A stretch of 60,118 bases of DNA, filler included, from Squatina squatina (lineage: Eukaryota): the NCBI GenBank assembly GCA_031763465.1. It is 3 parts of 3 records of this genome, joined end to end, with 100 filler letters (N's around TTAATTAATTAA, not from the genome) between each part and the next. Parts side by side here need not be neighbours in the genome. Positions count along the whole stretch, not along the records: positions 44,173 to 60,118 come from JARFOE010000189.1; 2 more parts are not named here. One strand, written 5' to 3'. Every line of letters starts with the position of its first letter. Within the stretch, counting starts at the first letter, position 1. Below the pieces are notes generated by a model. That model ran no database searches and had not been told where the DNA came from. It saw only the letters and a list, made by a program, of their open reading frames with translations. This document shows positions 49,859-60,118 of this stretch, piece by piece. The position numbers and the translations under genes are program-made.

Positions 49859-51180
49859 GTACATGTAGGTGGCTGTTTTGACATCCCATTGTATACTGCA
49901 TTACATTTCTTTTTCAATTTTTGTTACCCAGATCAGTATAGTTTTAACATGCTTCAGAAAATAATGAAATTTAACTTCAACCTACGCAGTTGCTTCTTGT
50001 TTTAGTCCTGTTACTTTGGGCTGTTGTGAATACATATCATAGCTATATAGGGATGCAGCTAGTGAACAATGGTGGCTGTTTTTGCAATCCCTCAAATTAC
50101 TTTATTTAAAATGTTTATAATTTTATTTGGACAATTGTTTTTTTTATGGAGATGGCTTTGATAAATGATTGCTATAATGAGCTGAAGATGATTTAAAAAT
50201 GGATGACATTGGCAGTGCAGGAATACAGTGCATTTAAGATACACAAATTGAGGTGCTCGGTCCTCGCGGGTCCGTGGCGCTGTGAGAGACCCCTTTCGGG
50301 GCTGGGCCAAGCCTGGCCCATGCCGGACCGTGTGTGCGTGTGTGGTGGGGGGATCCCCGGCTCTTGTGTCCCCGCCCGGGATGGTGAATTGGAGTCTGCG
50401 GTTGATTTTGTTTCCTTTCAGGGAGTAGTCCCCCACCTCATTCGCGGAAGCGACAGCAAAACCTCATAATCCGGGCTGTATGGTGGTTATAATAAATTGG
50501 GGTTATCTCTCGTGTGACCCACCCCCTGACACTGCGATTGACAGCTTGTGTCTATCCAACTTGTCCCGGACAGCTGGACGCGTCCAACCTTANNNNNNNN
50601 NNNNNNNNNNNNNNNNNNNNNNNNNNNNNNNNNNNNNNNNNNNNNNNNNNNNNNNNNNNNNNNNNNNNNNNNNNNNNNNNNNNNNNNNNNNNGTCTTTAA
50701 ATTTTGAATTCTCACTTGCTTCTTAGCATCCCTGGTCCCACTATATTTTGGAAGCAGGAGCAACTTTTCTTTTTCCAAATGAGATATTTGATTAACTAAA
50801 AACAAGCTTAAAAGGCCTTTTTTAAAAAAAAAAATAAAAATAAATAAACTAGTTGAACTATAAAGATCTAAAAAATGACCTGGTCATGCCAGAATTGTGA
50901 TTTCTGTGGCAAAACAAGAGGCTGTTGATAAAGCCCCCAGAAGAAGAATGACCTGACATGAGTTGATTTGTCTGTTTGCTATTGCTTAATATTAGTGTAT
51001 AAAGTTTATAATTAAGTGAACATTTGGTGTCACTTGAGCATTTAAAAATTCAACTTGTATACAGTATTTAGTTGCACTAGATTTGTAACTCGATGAGTGA
51101 TAGAAGGTATCTGATGCTTCACTGGTAATCTTATTGATGCTGAGTTATAAATTGGAAATAACTGAAGTTTGTTTTTACAG

Positions 51181-51399
51181 ATTGGTAATGAGGACCAGCA
51201 GGAGAAACTACTGAGAGAATGGCTTGACTGTTGTGTCACTGAGGGTGGAGTTCTCGTTGCACAGCAAAGGAGCTCCCGTCGGCGCAACCATCCATTGGTT
51301 ACACAAATGGTGGAGAAATGGTTGGACCGTTATCGGCAGATACGACCATGCACTTCTCTTTCAGATGGTGAGGAAGATGAGGAGGAGGAGGATGAGTGA
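51181..51399 (+). CDS. ZRANB1: ZRANB1 terminal coding exon (219 nt)
   Basis: tttttacag|ATT; IGNEDQQEKLLREWLDCCVTEGGVLVAQQRSSRRRNHPLVTQMVEKWLDRYRQIRPCTSLSDGEEDEEEEDE*. Confidence 0.96.
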   Translation: MGNEDQQEKLLREWLDCCVTEGGVLVAQQRSSRRRNHPLVTQMVEKWLDRYRQIRPCTSLSDGEEDEEEEDE

Positions 51400-53190
51400 T
51401 GCAAGGTATCTGATGGAGTCATGGGCATTACTTCGCTGGGAAGCCTGCAGATTGGACTATTCTAGTTTGTCGTGCATCATGGAAAGTTTGGATACCAAAT
51501 AGAAGTCGCGTTTGAGGTCTGATCTTTGGCAACAAAAAGGCTGACGTGTTGTGCCATGTTGAAATCAGAACTGGCGTGGTTGGACAACAATAAACTATGA
51601 ATGCTAAATTTACTTTAATGTTAAGAGAATAAGCTTTTTTTTCCCCCACCCCAACTGTACATCCTTAGCTATAAATGTACTGCATGTGGCTGTGTAAGAA
51701 CTTGTGTAACAGGGAAAAAAGTATACCAGCATCTAAAATAATTGAATTTATATCGGTTTCCTAAGAAGGGCACTTAAAAACTCCTCATTTTAGATTCCGG
51801 TTTGTTCCTTCCAGATTTATTTTATTATAGCCATTTACAATCTATAGTCAACGTTTTAAAAATACTTGTGCATGTGTTCTTTGGGAGATATTTTAATGCC
51901 AAATTATGTTGCTGAGGGACAGTGACAGGATGTGGACTGGGGTTTGCAGAATAAGGGACNNNNNNNNNNNNNCAAAAACCATCATGAGAACAAGTGCATG
52001 GGTATTCTTTTAAATGCAGTAGGATTGAATACTATAATGAAGCAAAATCTCTAAGGAACAAAATACAGATGTTGGGTTGTGTTTGCAAAGTGTTCACCAA
52101 AATATTGTCTTTGTTTTCAGATTTTTTTTTTTAAACTGTTACTCTATATAGTATGGAGTCAGCAAATTATTGTTTAAGTTCGCAGAGATCGTACGTGTTC
52201 TCATCTCTTCACTAATGTTCACTACTGCAAACTTAGTTTAGATACTGAATTCTGCCAATAATTCTGTTCTGATAAGCCTATTTATTTTAAAGTGACCTGG
52301 AGATATGAGGTACTTTTTCCCCATAAAATTAAGTTCAGAACCAATTGTGTGGATTTTGTTGATTGTTTACTCAACCCTGATGAAGAATTTCATGTTGCAC
52401 AAATACATACTCTTGCTGTGAAAATGTTGCTGAATGTGCTGTTGACTTTTTTGTCTATGCAAATGCTGTGCACCACTGCTAAGCCAAAGGTTTCCACTTA
52501 ACAAGGGTATTATACTGCAGTTGCATGTGTCTCACTGAAATTTTATAATTCTATTCAGTACACTTNNNNNNNNNNNNNNNNNNNNNNNNNNNNNNNNNNN
52601 NNNNNNNNNNNNNNNNNNNNNNNNNNNNNNNNNNNNNNNNNNNNNNNNNNNNNNNNNNNNNNNNNNNNNNNNNNNNNNNNNNNNNNNNNNNNNNNNNNNN
52701 NNNNNNNNNNNNNNNNNNNNNNNNNNNNNNNNNNNNNNNNNNNNNNNNNNNNNNNNNNNNNNNNNNNNNNNNNNNNNNNNNNNNNNNNNNNNNNNNNNNN
52801 NNNNNNNNNNNNNNNNNNNNNNNNNNNNNNNNNNNNNNNNNNNNNNNNNNNNNNNNNNNNNNGTATGGCTGTGAGGTATGAGTGCCTACATGTAACTCTT
52901 GAGTTGAGATACACCATATATTTGCTCCCAGGCATGTTTAACTGCTATTCATTAATATTTGCTCATATTGAGACCTGTGTACATCCACAATACCTTGAGG
53001 TGATACATCCACGTGGAATTCTCTGCACAAGACGGGTGAAGATAACTCAATTGCAAGTGCAACATGAGAGAAATGCCCTTAATGTGTTTATAATTTTAGT
53101 GCTTTCATTTTTATAGTAATATTTTATATTGATATGGAATATATTTAAATAGTTGTGCATTGGGAAAAACACAATATAAAAAAAAAAGTT
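51400..53190 (+). other. Probable ZRANB1 3' UTR
   Basis: AU-rich sequence with no recognisable repeat following the stop, with ATTTATTT motifs, ending near AATATA and an A-run at about 53172-53187. The end is uncertain. Confidence 0.45.
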
Positions 53191-54094
53191 CATCCAATCC
53201 TGTTGGGCTGAGTGGAGTATTTCCATAATAACTCAATACCTGTAGTAAGCGAATAAGTGTGTGTTTTCAGTTGTTCTGTGGACAAGGAGACTACAGTATA
53301 ATGCCTCTAGAAATGTCCTATTATTTTTCAATAGATTTTTTTTCTCATTTGAGTAGGGGATTTACTTGTATGTTTAATTCCACTTGCATTATTTTTCCCG
53401 GTGAACAAGGAAACAACTTGACGACTTTAAAACTCGTTTAAATGCTGCTGATTTAATTATGCCATGGTTCTGATCTCTCAGGAGGGAGGTAAGCAAATGG
53501 GGAAAATGTAATTGTTTTCCAGCAGGACTTGCAAATGTAACCCCTGCCCTCCCCATACAGAAAATGATATCCCAAATATGTTGATTAAAGTGATAATGTA
53601 TTCAGATTCATGGAGAAAACAGTGGTCAGCAATTATTAACCAACTAGAACACAAATATTCATGAAGCACCAGTGTCCGATTGTATCATTGAAGAAGTTGG
53701 TGTTTCTTGATTGAAATCATTTGAAATTCATTGGACTTGGGCTTGTAACTAAGGGCTACAAATCTTTTCTTTTGGAGCGTACTGGAGATTGTGTAGACTG
53801 ATGTCTGTATTTTTATTATGGGGGATGGGGGGCTGGAATTGAGTACATCATAAAGGAAGGGCATCAGATGCAAGTAAATGTAAACTTGTGAAAGGCGAGA
53901 TCAGAGATATCACATTTACTGAACATCCCTCTGGATGTTGCTGACCGACTGGCTACATTTAGAAAGGTTAATATTATATTTCAAATTTCAATAGTTATTT
54001 AAAGTCCTGAACAAGATACTTTAAAAGGTCACCAAATTGAAGCTGAACTTGTAAATTGGATAATGAATTGTTTCGCCAAAACAAAAAAAAAAAT

Positions 54095-54392
54095 CACAAT
54101 CATAGAAACTTACAGCAGGGAAGGAGGCTATTGGGCCCATCTTGTCCATGCCAGTTGACAAAGCTATCCAGCCTATTCCCACTTTTGGCTCTTAGTCCGT
54201 GGCCCTGTAGGTTACGGCACTTCAAGTGCATATCCAAGTACTTTTTAAATGCAATGAGTGTTTCTGCCTCGACCACCCTTTCAGGCAGTGAGTTCCAGAA
54301 CACCACCACCTTCTGGGTGAAAAAATTTCTCCTCAACTCCCCTTTAATCCTTCTTCCAATTACTTTAAAATCTATGCCCTCTGGTTATTGAT
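54095..54392 (-). mobile_element. CR1 LINE 3' end
   Basis: RRNFFTQKVVVFWNSLPERVVEAETLIAFKKYLDMHLK, then a CR1-type 3' UTR ending tttctatgatt. Confidence 0.9.
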
Positions 54393-55007
54393 CTCTAAAT
54401 GCAAGTCTTTGTTTTTTTTGACTACCTATATCAACTTTTTTATGCAAGGGTCAGGATTCTGGGTGAGGACACTGGAGTAGAATCCCATACGCAAGAGGAA
54501 TAGTGCGTGAGGCTTTCTGGCTTGCTGCAGAGGCTTGTTGGATAAGTACTGAAGGTTGAGATGCAGCTGTTGCAGCTCTTGTGTCCCTGTCATAAACGAG
54601 GAGGTCTGGTTTACTCTCGCAGCGTCCTGTGGTACACTCTGGCCAAGGTCCTGCTGAGGACTGGCAATCTGACCACATCTCCCCTACGTTGTGGAGGCCG
54701 GACTCTGGCGCGGAGAATGCGGTCATCATTGAGCCCCTGGTCTACATGACTTTGGACTGTAGCAAGTCCAATAATAATAACAGCTGTCTGCCAAACAGGG
54801 TTACAGTGTTCCACTCCTTGAACTCTTGCTACCTTCCGAGTTTATAGCCTTCTCGCTTTTGAGTATGTTCCAGTGGATTCCTCACACTATTATACGAGGG
54901 ACAGAGAGCTATGTTCGGCAGGCATAGAGTTTTGTGACTATTTTGACATTTTCCAAATGTTTAACACATCATTTCATTGCCATTCCATTTGTAGGTGCAA
55001 CTCTTTC

Positions 55008-55112
55008 CAAAGAAAGCATTTCTATAGCGCCTTTCACGACCTCGGGCGTCCCAAAGTGCTTTACAGTCAATGCAGTACTTTTGAGGTGTAGTCACTGTTG
55101 CAATGTAGGAAG
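55008..55112 (-). mobile_element. DeuSINE/L2-type 3' tail
   Basis: gcatttctatagcgcctttcacgacctcgggcgtcccaaagtgctttacag...gtagtcactgttgcaatgtaggaa is the reverse complement of the tail at 41860-41965. Confidence 0.75.
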
Positions 55113-56184
55113 CTCCTTCCTGTTATATGGAAGGTTATTTTCCCATCCATGACAAATAGGAGCAGGAAACGTCAAATGGAGAAAAGAAATCTACCTGCTG
55201 TACTTATCGCCTCCTTCCCACTATAAATTTCCTATTCAAATGTCCTACGGTTAATTGAAAGATTTTCACACTGATTTATTTACTGCGCCCCCTCATCCCT
55301 AGTTAGTTACCGAAATCACCATATTTTTGCTATGATACCACTCAGGGATAAGGAATTGACTGTTTTCATTAGTGGCCAGTTGGGCTTCCAATTCACAAAA
55401 TGCCATCATCCACCATGTAAGGAACCCCCCCTTATAATGGGGCTTGAGGGGGTGTTTCTGCAGGTGTCTCGATAGAATTATATGTGGTAGGTAAACTTGA
55501 CTACACAGTGTTATGGTTAAGTGGTTTTATTGTTTCTAACACTAATATAATGTTNNNNNNNNNNNNNNNNNNNNNNNNNNNNNNNNNNNNNNNNNNNNNN
55601 NNNNNNNNNNNNNNNNNNNNNNNNNNNNNNNNNNNNNNNNNNNNNNNNNNNNNNCCTGATGACATTGTTAAATTGAAGGGCCAGAGCATCATTTAAGAAA
55701 AAAAGCCAGAGACAGAAGAGATGACATGTTGGCCCATAATAATGGGGCTCTTCCCAGTGGAGCAGAAAAGGTTAGCAGGCGATTCCATAGGTTTTAAAAC
55801 CTGTGCTTCATAACGGGTGTAAGCTGAGAAATGCACACTGACCAACGAATAAAGAGGCAGCTGAACAAAAGCTGGGGTTGGAGTTTGCAGAGAACAAGGA
55901 GATGCTGGAGGGGTGGAATCAGATGAGGTGTTTGCAGAAGGTTCTAGAGGAGTGAAGAGTTAGATTTGGTGGTTTGAGCAGAGCGGATGAAAAGCATAGC
56001 CAGGCAAGCAGACTTCACTCAAGGGCATGGCACCGGCACCTGTGAGCCAAGTTTCAATCACCCACAATAATGTCATGGCTGGCAAGGGCCTTGTTCACAA
56101 GTGAATGGATATTGGAGGAAAATTTGGAGGGGTGGTTATTGACCCACTGGCAGAGGTAGGGTATCCAGACCTGAAGGAGGTTGG

Positions 56185-56555
56185 CGATATTAACACCCAG
56201 CAAGCGATGGACCCTTTAGAGAATGCAGAGAAGCATAAAATACAGCTCTGGACTTATCTAAGGGAGCTTCAAAGATTATGTGTGGTTTTGATAGGCTGAG
56301 TAGAGGAGGACTATTTCCTCTGGTTGGGGAGTCAGTGATGAGGGGCCATTCATTTGAAATTGTTACGAAGGTTGAGGAGGCAGCAATGCAGAGCTTTATG
56401 GCATGAAATCCATTGAGGGAAAAGCGAATAAATATTTGAAGCAGAGGGTGACGCAGAGCTACGGGAGAGAGCAGGGCAAAAGGATTAGCTTTGAATTGCT
56501 CCAGCAAAGGCATGCTGGGCCAAATAGTCTCCTGTGCTGCAAACTGTTACGGTTC
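56185..56555 (+). mobile_element. CR1 LINE 3' end (degenerate)
   Basis: ctatttcctctggttggggagtcagtgatgaggggccat and gctgggccaaatagtctcctgtgctgcaaac. Confidence 0.7.
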
Positions 56556-57614
56556 TTGAACCAACGGTAGGGACGTAGTGAAGCTGTGCACATTGAAAAT
56601 GGAGAATAAATCAGTGGACAATCCAGGAATGCAGGGAAAGACTTTCTAATTAATGGTTCCTCATTCACTAATCAGTTTTCAACCAACAGGACAAAGCCTT
56701 AGTTGGCACTAAGCAGGGTAAGCATTTTAAAAACCCACAAATGAGGGGACAAGACATTAGTGCAAGTGAAATTTTCCAGATATATCCCTAAAGAAAAATA
56801 TTCCAAATTTAAAAAGTGTCACGTAAGTGACAGGAAAAACATTGCATTGTTCTCTGTATAATATAGTTTTCAGCTACAGTTGATAGTAAGACACATGCAA
56901 GCAGCACTTGGAATATTTTTAATTCTTTATATTTTTCACTGTTAACACAAATTGTTGAAGAAGAAATATAGAAATTGAAAGACTGACTTTAAAAAATGAT
57001 TTTACCTGCAATTGGAAACTGTCACTGCACAGCTACCAAAAAAGTTTCAAGTGAAAAAGGTTTAACACTAGTAATGTTAACCCAACATGGCTGCACACAA
57101 CATCTGAACAACCGAACAGCAAGTTTTATGACACAATTTAACAAACGGTAATAAAGAGCTTTCTAGATTAAATGNNNNNNNNNNNNNNNNNNNNNNNNNN
57201 NNNNNNNNNNNNNNNNNNNNNNNNNNNNNNNNNNNNNNNNNNNNNNNNNNNNNNNNNNNNNNNNNNNNNNNNNNNNNNNNNNNNNNNNNNNNNNNNNNNN
57301 NNNNNNNNNNNNNNNNNNNNNNNNNNNNNNNNNNNNNNNNNNNNNNNNNNNNNNNNNNNNNNNNNNNNNNNNNNNNNNNNNNNNNNNNNNNNNNNNNNNN
57401 NNNNNNNNNNNNNNNNNNNNNNNNNNNNNNNNNNNNNNNNNNNNNNNNNNNNNNNNNNNNNNNNNNNNNNNNNNNNNNNNNNNNNNNNNNNNNNNNNNNN
57501 NNNNNNNNNNNNNNNNNNNNNNNNNNNNNNNNNNNNNNNNNNNNNNNNNNNNNNNNNNNNNNNNNNNNNNNNNNNNNNNNNNNNNNNNNNNNNNNNNNNN
57601 NNNNNNNNNNNNNN

Positions 57615-57705
57615 ACCTACCTCTTCTGGCCAATTAATTTTGGGGTATTTGAAATCTCCCATGATTAGTCTGTGCCTGCTACGCACCTCGTACATTTGCT
57701 TACCT
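57615..57705 (-). mobile_element. CR1 endonuclease fragment
   Basis: LIMGDFKYPKINW corresponds to the GDFN motif. Confidence 0.7.
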
Positions 57706-60118
57706 AATCAATATGATATGATGCTTGTTTGAGAGCTTGGAATTCTTTTAACCTGACCAGTTACTACATTCTATCTTTAATAAAAAATCACTTTGCATAT
57801 TCAGGAGGAATAACTGAATTCGACGACCCCCTGCAAAAACGAAAGATGCATTGACCTTCACTTAAAATTCTCAATCATGAAACATTTGGCAGCACTAAGA
57901 ACAGATGATCTAATTAACTTAATTCTGCATGTTACAGCATGTGTTAGAACTCAGTGGTATGTTTGGTTTTTGTCCTTAAATTTCTGGCAGGTTTAGGAAA
58001 TTCCAATTTTTCTGAACCAATTATACAGTTATTTTTCAACTGGATCACTGCGCTTTCGGAAATACTAATGCTACAGTATTAAAGCTATTCAATAACAACT
58101 CACCTTTAACATAGTAAAATGTCCCAAGATGTCAGCACTTGGCTTGTAATTAACAAGCTACTATTAAAATTCCACACCTAAGGCTACCATTTTCTGTCAA
58201 TAACATTTCACTCTCTCATCACCTATCAAACACTTATTTCAAATTATATAAGAAAAATCTACCCAGTAAAGTTTGTGATCAAAAGATATGAAGGAACGTG
58301 ACACACATTTATCAACAGGGACATTTCATCGGAAAACACACTTTGTAAAATACTTCTTAGTTTCTGTTGAGCGAAGGGAGTTCTCTTGGGTTTAACGCAG
58401 CTTTTATCCCCATCCATGGATAACACTGTAACATCCCAAGCTGGCAGCNNNNNNNNNNNNNNNNNNNNNNNNNNNNNNNNNNNNNNNNNNNNNNNNNNNN
58501 NNNNNNNNNNNNNNNNNNNNNNNNNNNNNNNNNNNNNNNNNNNNNNNNNNNNNNNNNNNNNNNNNNNNNNNNNNNNNNNNNNNNNNNNNNNNNNNNNNNN
58601 NNNNNNNNNNNNNNNNNNNNNNNNNNNNNNNNNNNNNNNNNNNNNNNNNNNNNNNNNNNNNNNNNNNNNNNNNNNNNNNNNNNNNNNNNNNNNNNNNNNN
58701 NNNNNNNNNNNNNNNNNNNNNNNNNNNNNNNNNNNNNNNNNNNNNNNNNNNNNNNNNNNNNNNNNNNNNNNNNNNNNNNNNNNNNNNNNNNNNNNNNNNN
58801 NNNNNNNNNNNNNNNNNNNNNNNNNNNNNNNNNNNNNNNNNNNNNNNNNNNNNNNNNNNNNNNNNNNNNNNNNNNNNNNNNNNNNNNNNNNNNNNNNNNN
58901 NNNNNNNNNNNNNNNNNNNNNNNNNNNNNNNNNNNNNNNNNNNNNNNNNNNNNNNNNNNNNNNNNNNNNNNNNNNNNNNNNNNNNNNNNNNNNNNNNNNN
59001 NNNNNNNNNNNNNNNNNNNNNNNNNNNNNNNNNNNNNNNNNNNNNNNNNNNNNNNNNNNNNNNNNNNNNNNNNNNNNNNNNNNNNNNNNNNNNNNNNNNN
59101 NNNNNNNNNNNNNNNNNNNNNNNNNNNNNNNNNNNNNNNNNNNNNNNNNNNNNNNNNNNNNNNNNNNNNNNNNNNNNNNNNNNNNNNNNNNNNNNNNNNN
59201 NNNNNNNNNNNNNNNNNNNNNNNNNNNNNNNNNNNNNNNNNNNNNNNNNNNNNNNNNNNNNNNNNNNNNNNNNNNNNNNNNNNNNNNNNNNNATGTGTTG
59301 TCCTTACCTTATAGCATTTTGTCACCAGATGATATCAGCTGCTGGCTGAAATACATGGCAAACTTCAAATATCAATATAGGAGGGTTCACAACAATTAGT
59401 CTTTTCCCCTATTGATTAAACAGAAAAGGAGTTTGTTTTCTGCTAATGGGCATTGTGCACTCTGTTGCTAAGATAGAAATGCACATAACTCCTTTTTTGC
59501 TGTCTTTAAGCCAGAAGCAGGTAGCCTCCTGCCATCATCCAACGACAAAAGGCCGTTAACCAGCACTCCAAAGGTTTCGGATTACTAATCTAAAAGGAGT
59601 TTTTAGAAATTCTAACAGCTAAGGCATCCCTCACTAAAACATCCTAAAATCTCAGCTCTGCATCTTACATTTTGTTAGTAAGATGATGCTTGTGCCTTCA
59701 TTGAATAAAAACTCTTAAAAGATTGATGCAAGCAGGCTGGCTGAAATTTAACCAGTGGTATCACTGTTGGACAAGTGAGCAGGTGGAGCCACATAAAATG
59801 GACTGAAAACCCGAAGGTCTACATTTAGGATTTAAAATCTAACATTATCATTTCCATGATGATATCTCCAATATATCATTTTCAAATATAAGTCAGATTG
59901 ATGTCCTGGGGTGGGGTGGGGTTGGAAAGAGAGGGGAGAAAGATTTTTGATCAAAAACCTCCTCTCTTATGTATCAATTAGACATGAATGCCAATGAGGT
60001 TAGTTCACAGTTATCAAAATCCTGCAGCTGCAAGATTACCATAGGAGAACACAATATCCACTATAATTTACCAGGATAATTAACTATTTACTCGTGTTAG
60101 TGTTGTTCCCTGCTCTTG

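Noticed and set aside
54451-54814. Minus-strand ORF with faint similarity to the RIBEYE (CTBP2) A-domain (SKPDLLVYD; SRTIPLAYGIL)
   Set aside because: No MPVPSRH-type start, an early stop, and no CTBP2 core exons between it and ZRANB1. A decayed transposon or chance match is as likely; tBLASTn would settle it.
55655-60118. CTBP2 exons or 3' UTR expected downstream of ZRANB1 from human synteny
   Set aside because: I could not find any CTBP2 peptide in the sequenced parts, and UTR identity cannot be supported without alignment.
1-60118. CRISPR array, tRNA/rRNA genes, operon-like or viral system
   Set aside because: No regularly spaced repeats, no recognisable structured RNA gene, and no intronless prokaryotic or viral gene cluster; all coding signal fits spliced vertebrate genes or retroelements.

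Overview
Eukaryotic, gap-rich vertebrate genomic DNA, almost certainly a cartilaginous fish (shark): it carries SacSINE1/DeuSINE-like SINEs, CR1, L2 and RTE LINE remnants and a shark-type ~67-bp satellite unit. The window is three unrelated scaffolds joined by two artificial 100-nt linkers (44 N + TTAATTAATTAA + 44 N at 15265-15364 and 44073-44172). Block 1 (1-15264) has scattered exons of NWD2(+), C4orf19/PGCKA1(+), RELL1(-) and PGM2(+), in the human 4p14 order and orientation. Block 2 (15365-44072) has exons of MCF2L2(-) and ECE2(-). Block 3 (44173-60118) has ZRANB1/TRABID(+). Many exons fall in N gaps. Gene identities come from my recall of the human proteins plus splice-site and phase checks; no database search was run. 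I found no CRISPR array, RNA gene or convincing new multi-gene system. The best leads are two candidate alternative first exons in MCF2L2 (one resembling the proto-Dbl/MCF2 start), a ZRANB1 exon interrupted at the catalytic His loop, a divergent NZF3 ubiquitin-binding motif, apparent frameshifts in C4orf19, a uORF-dense ZRANB1 leader and a hairpin-rich MITE family.
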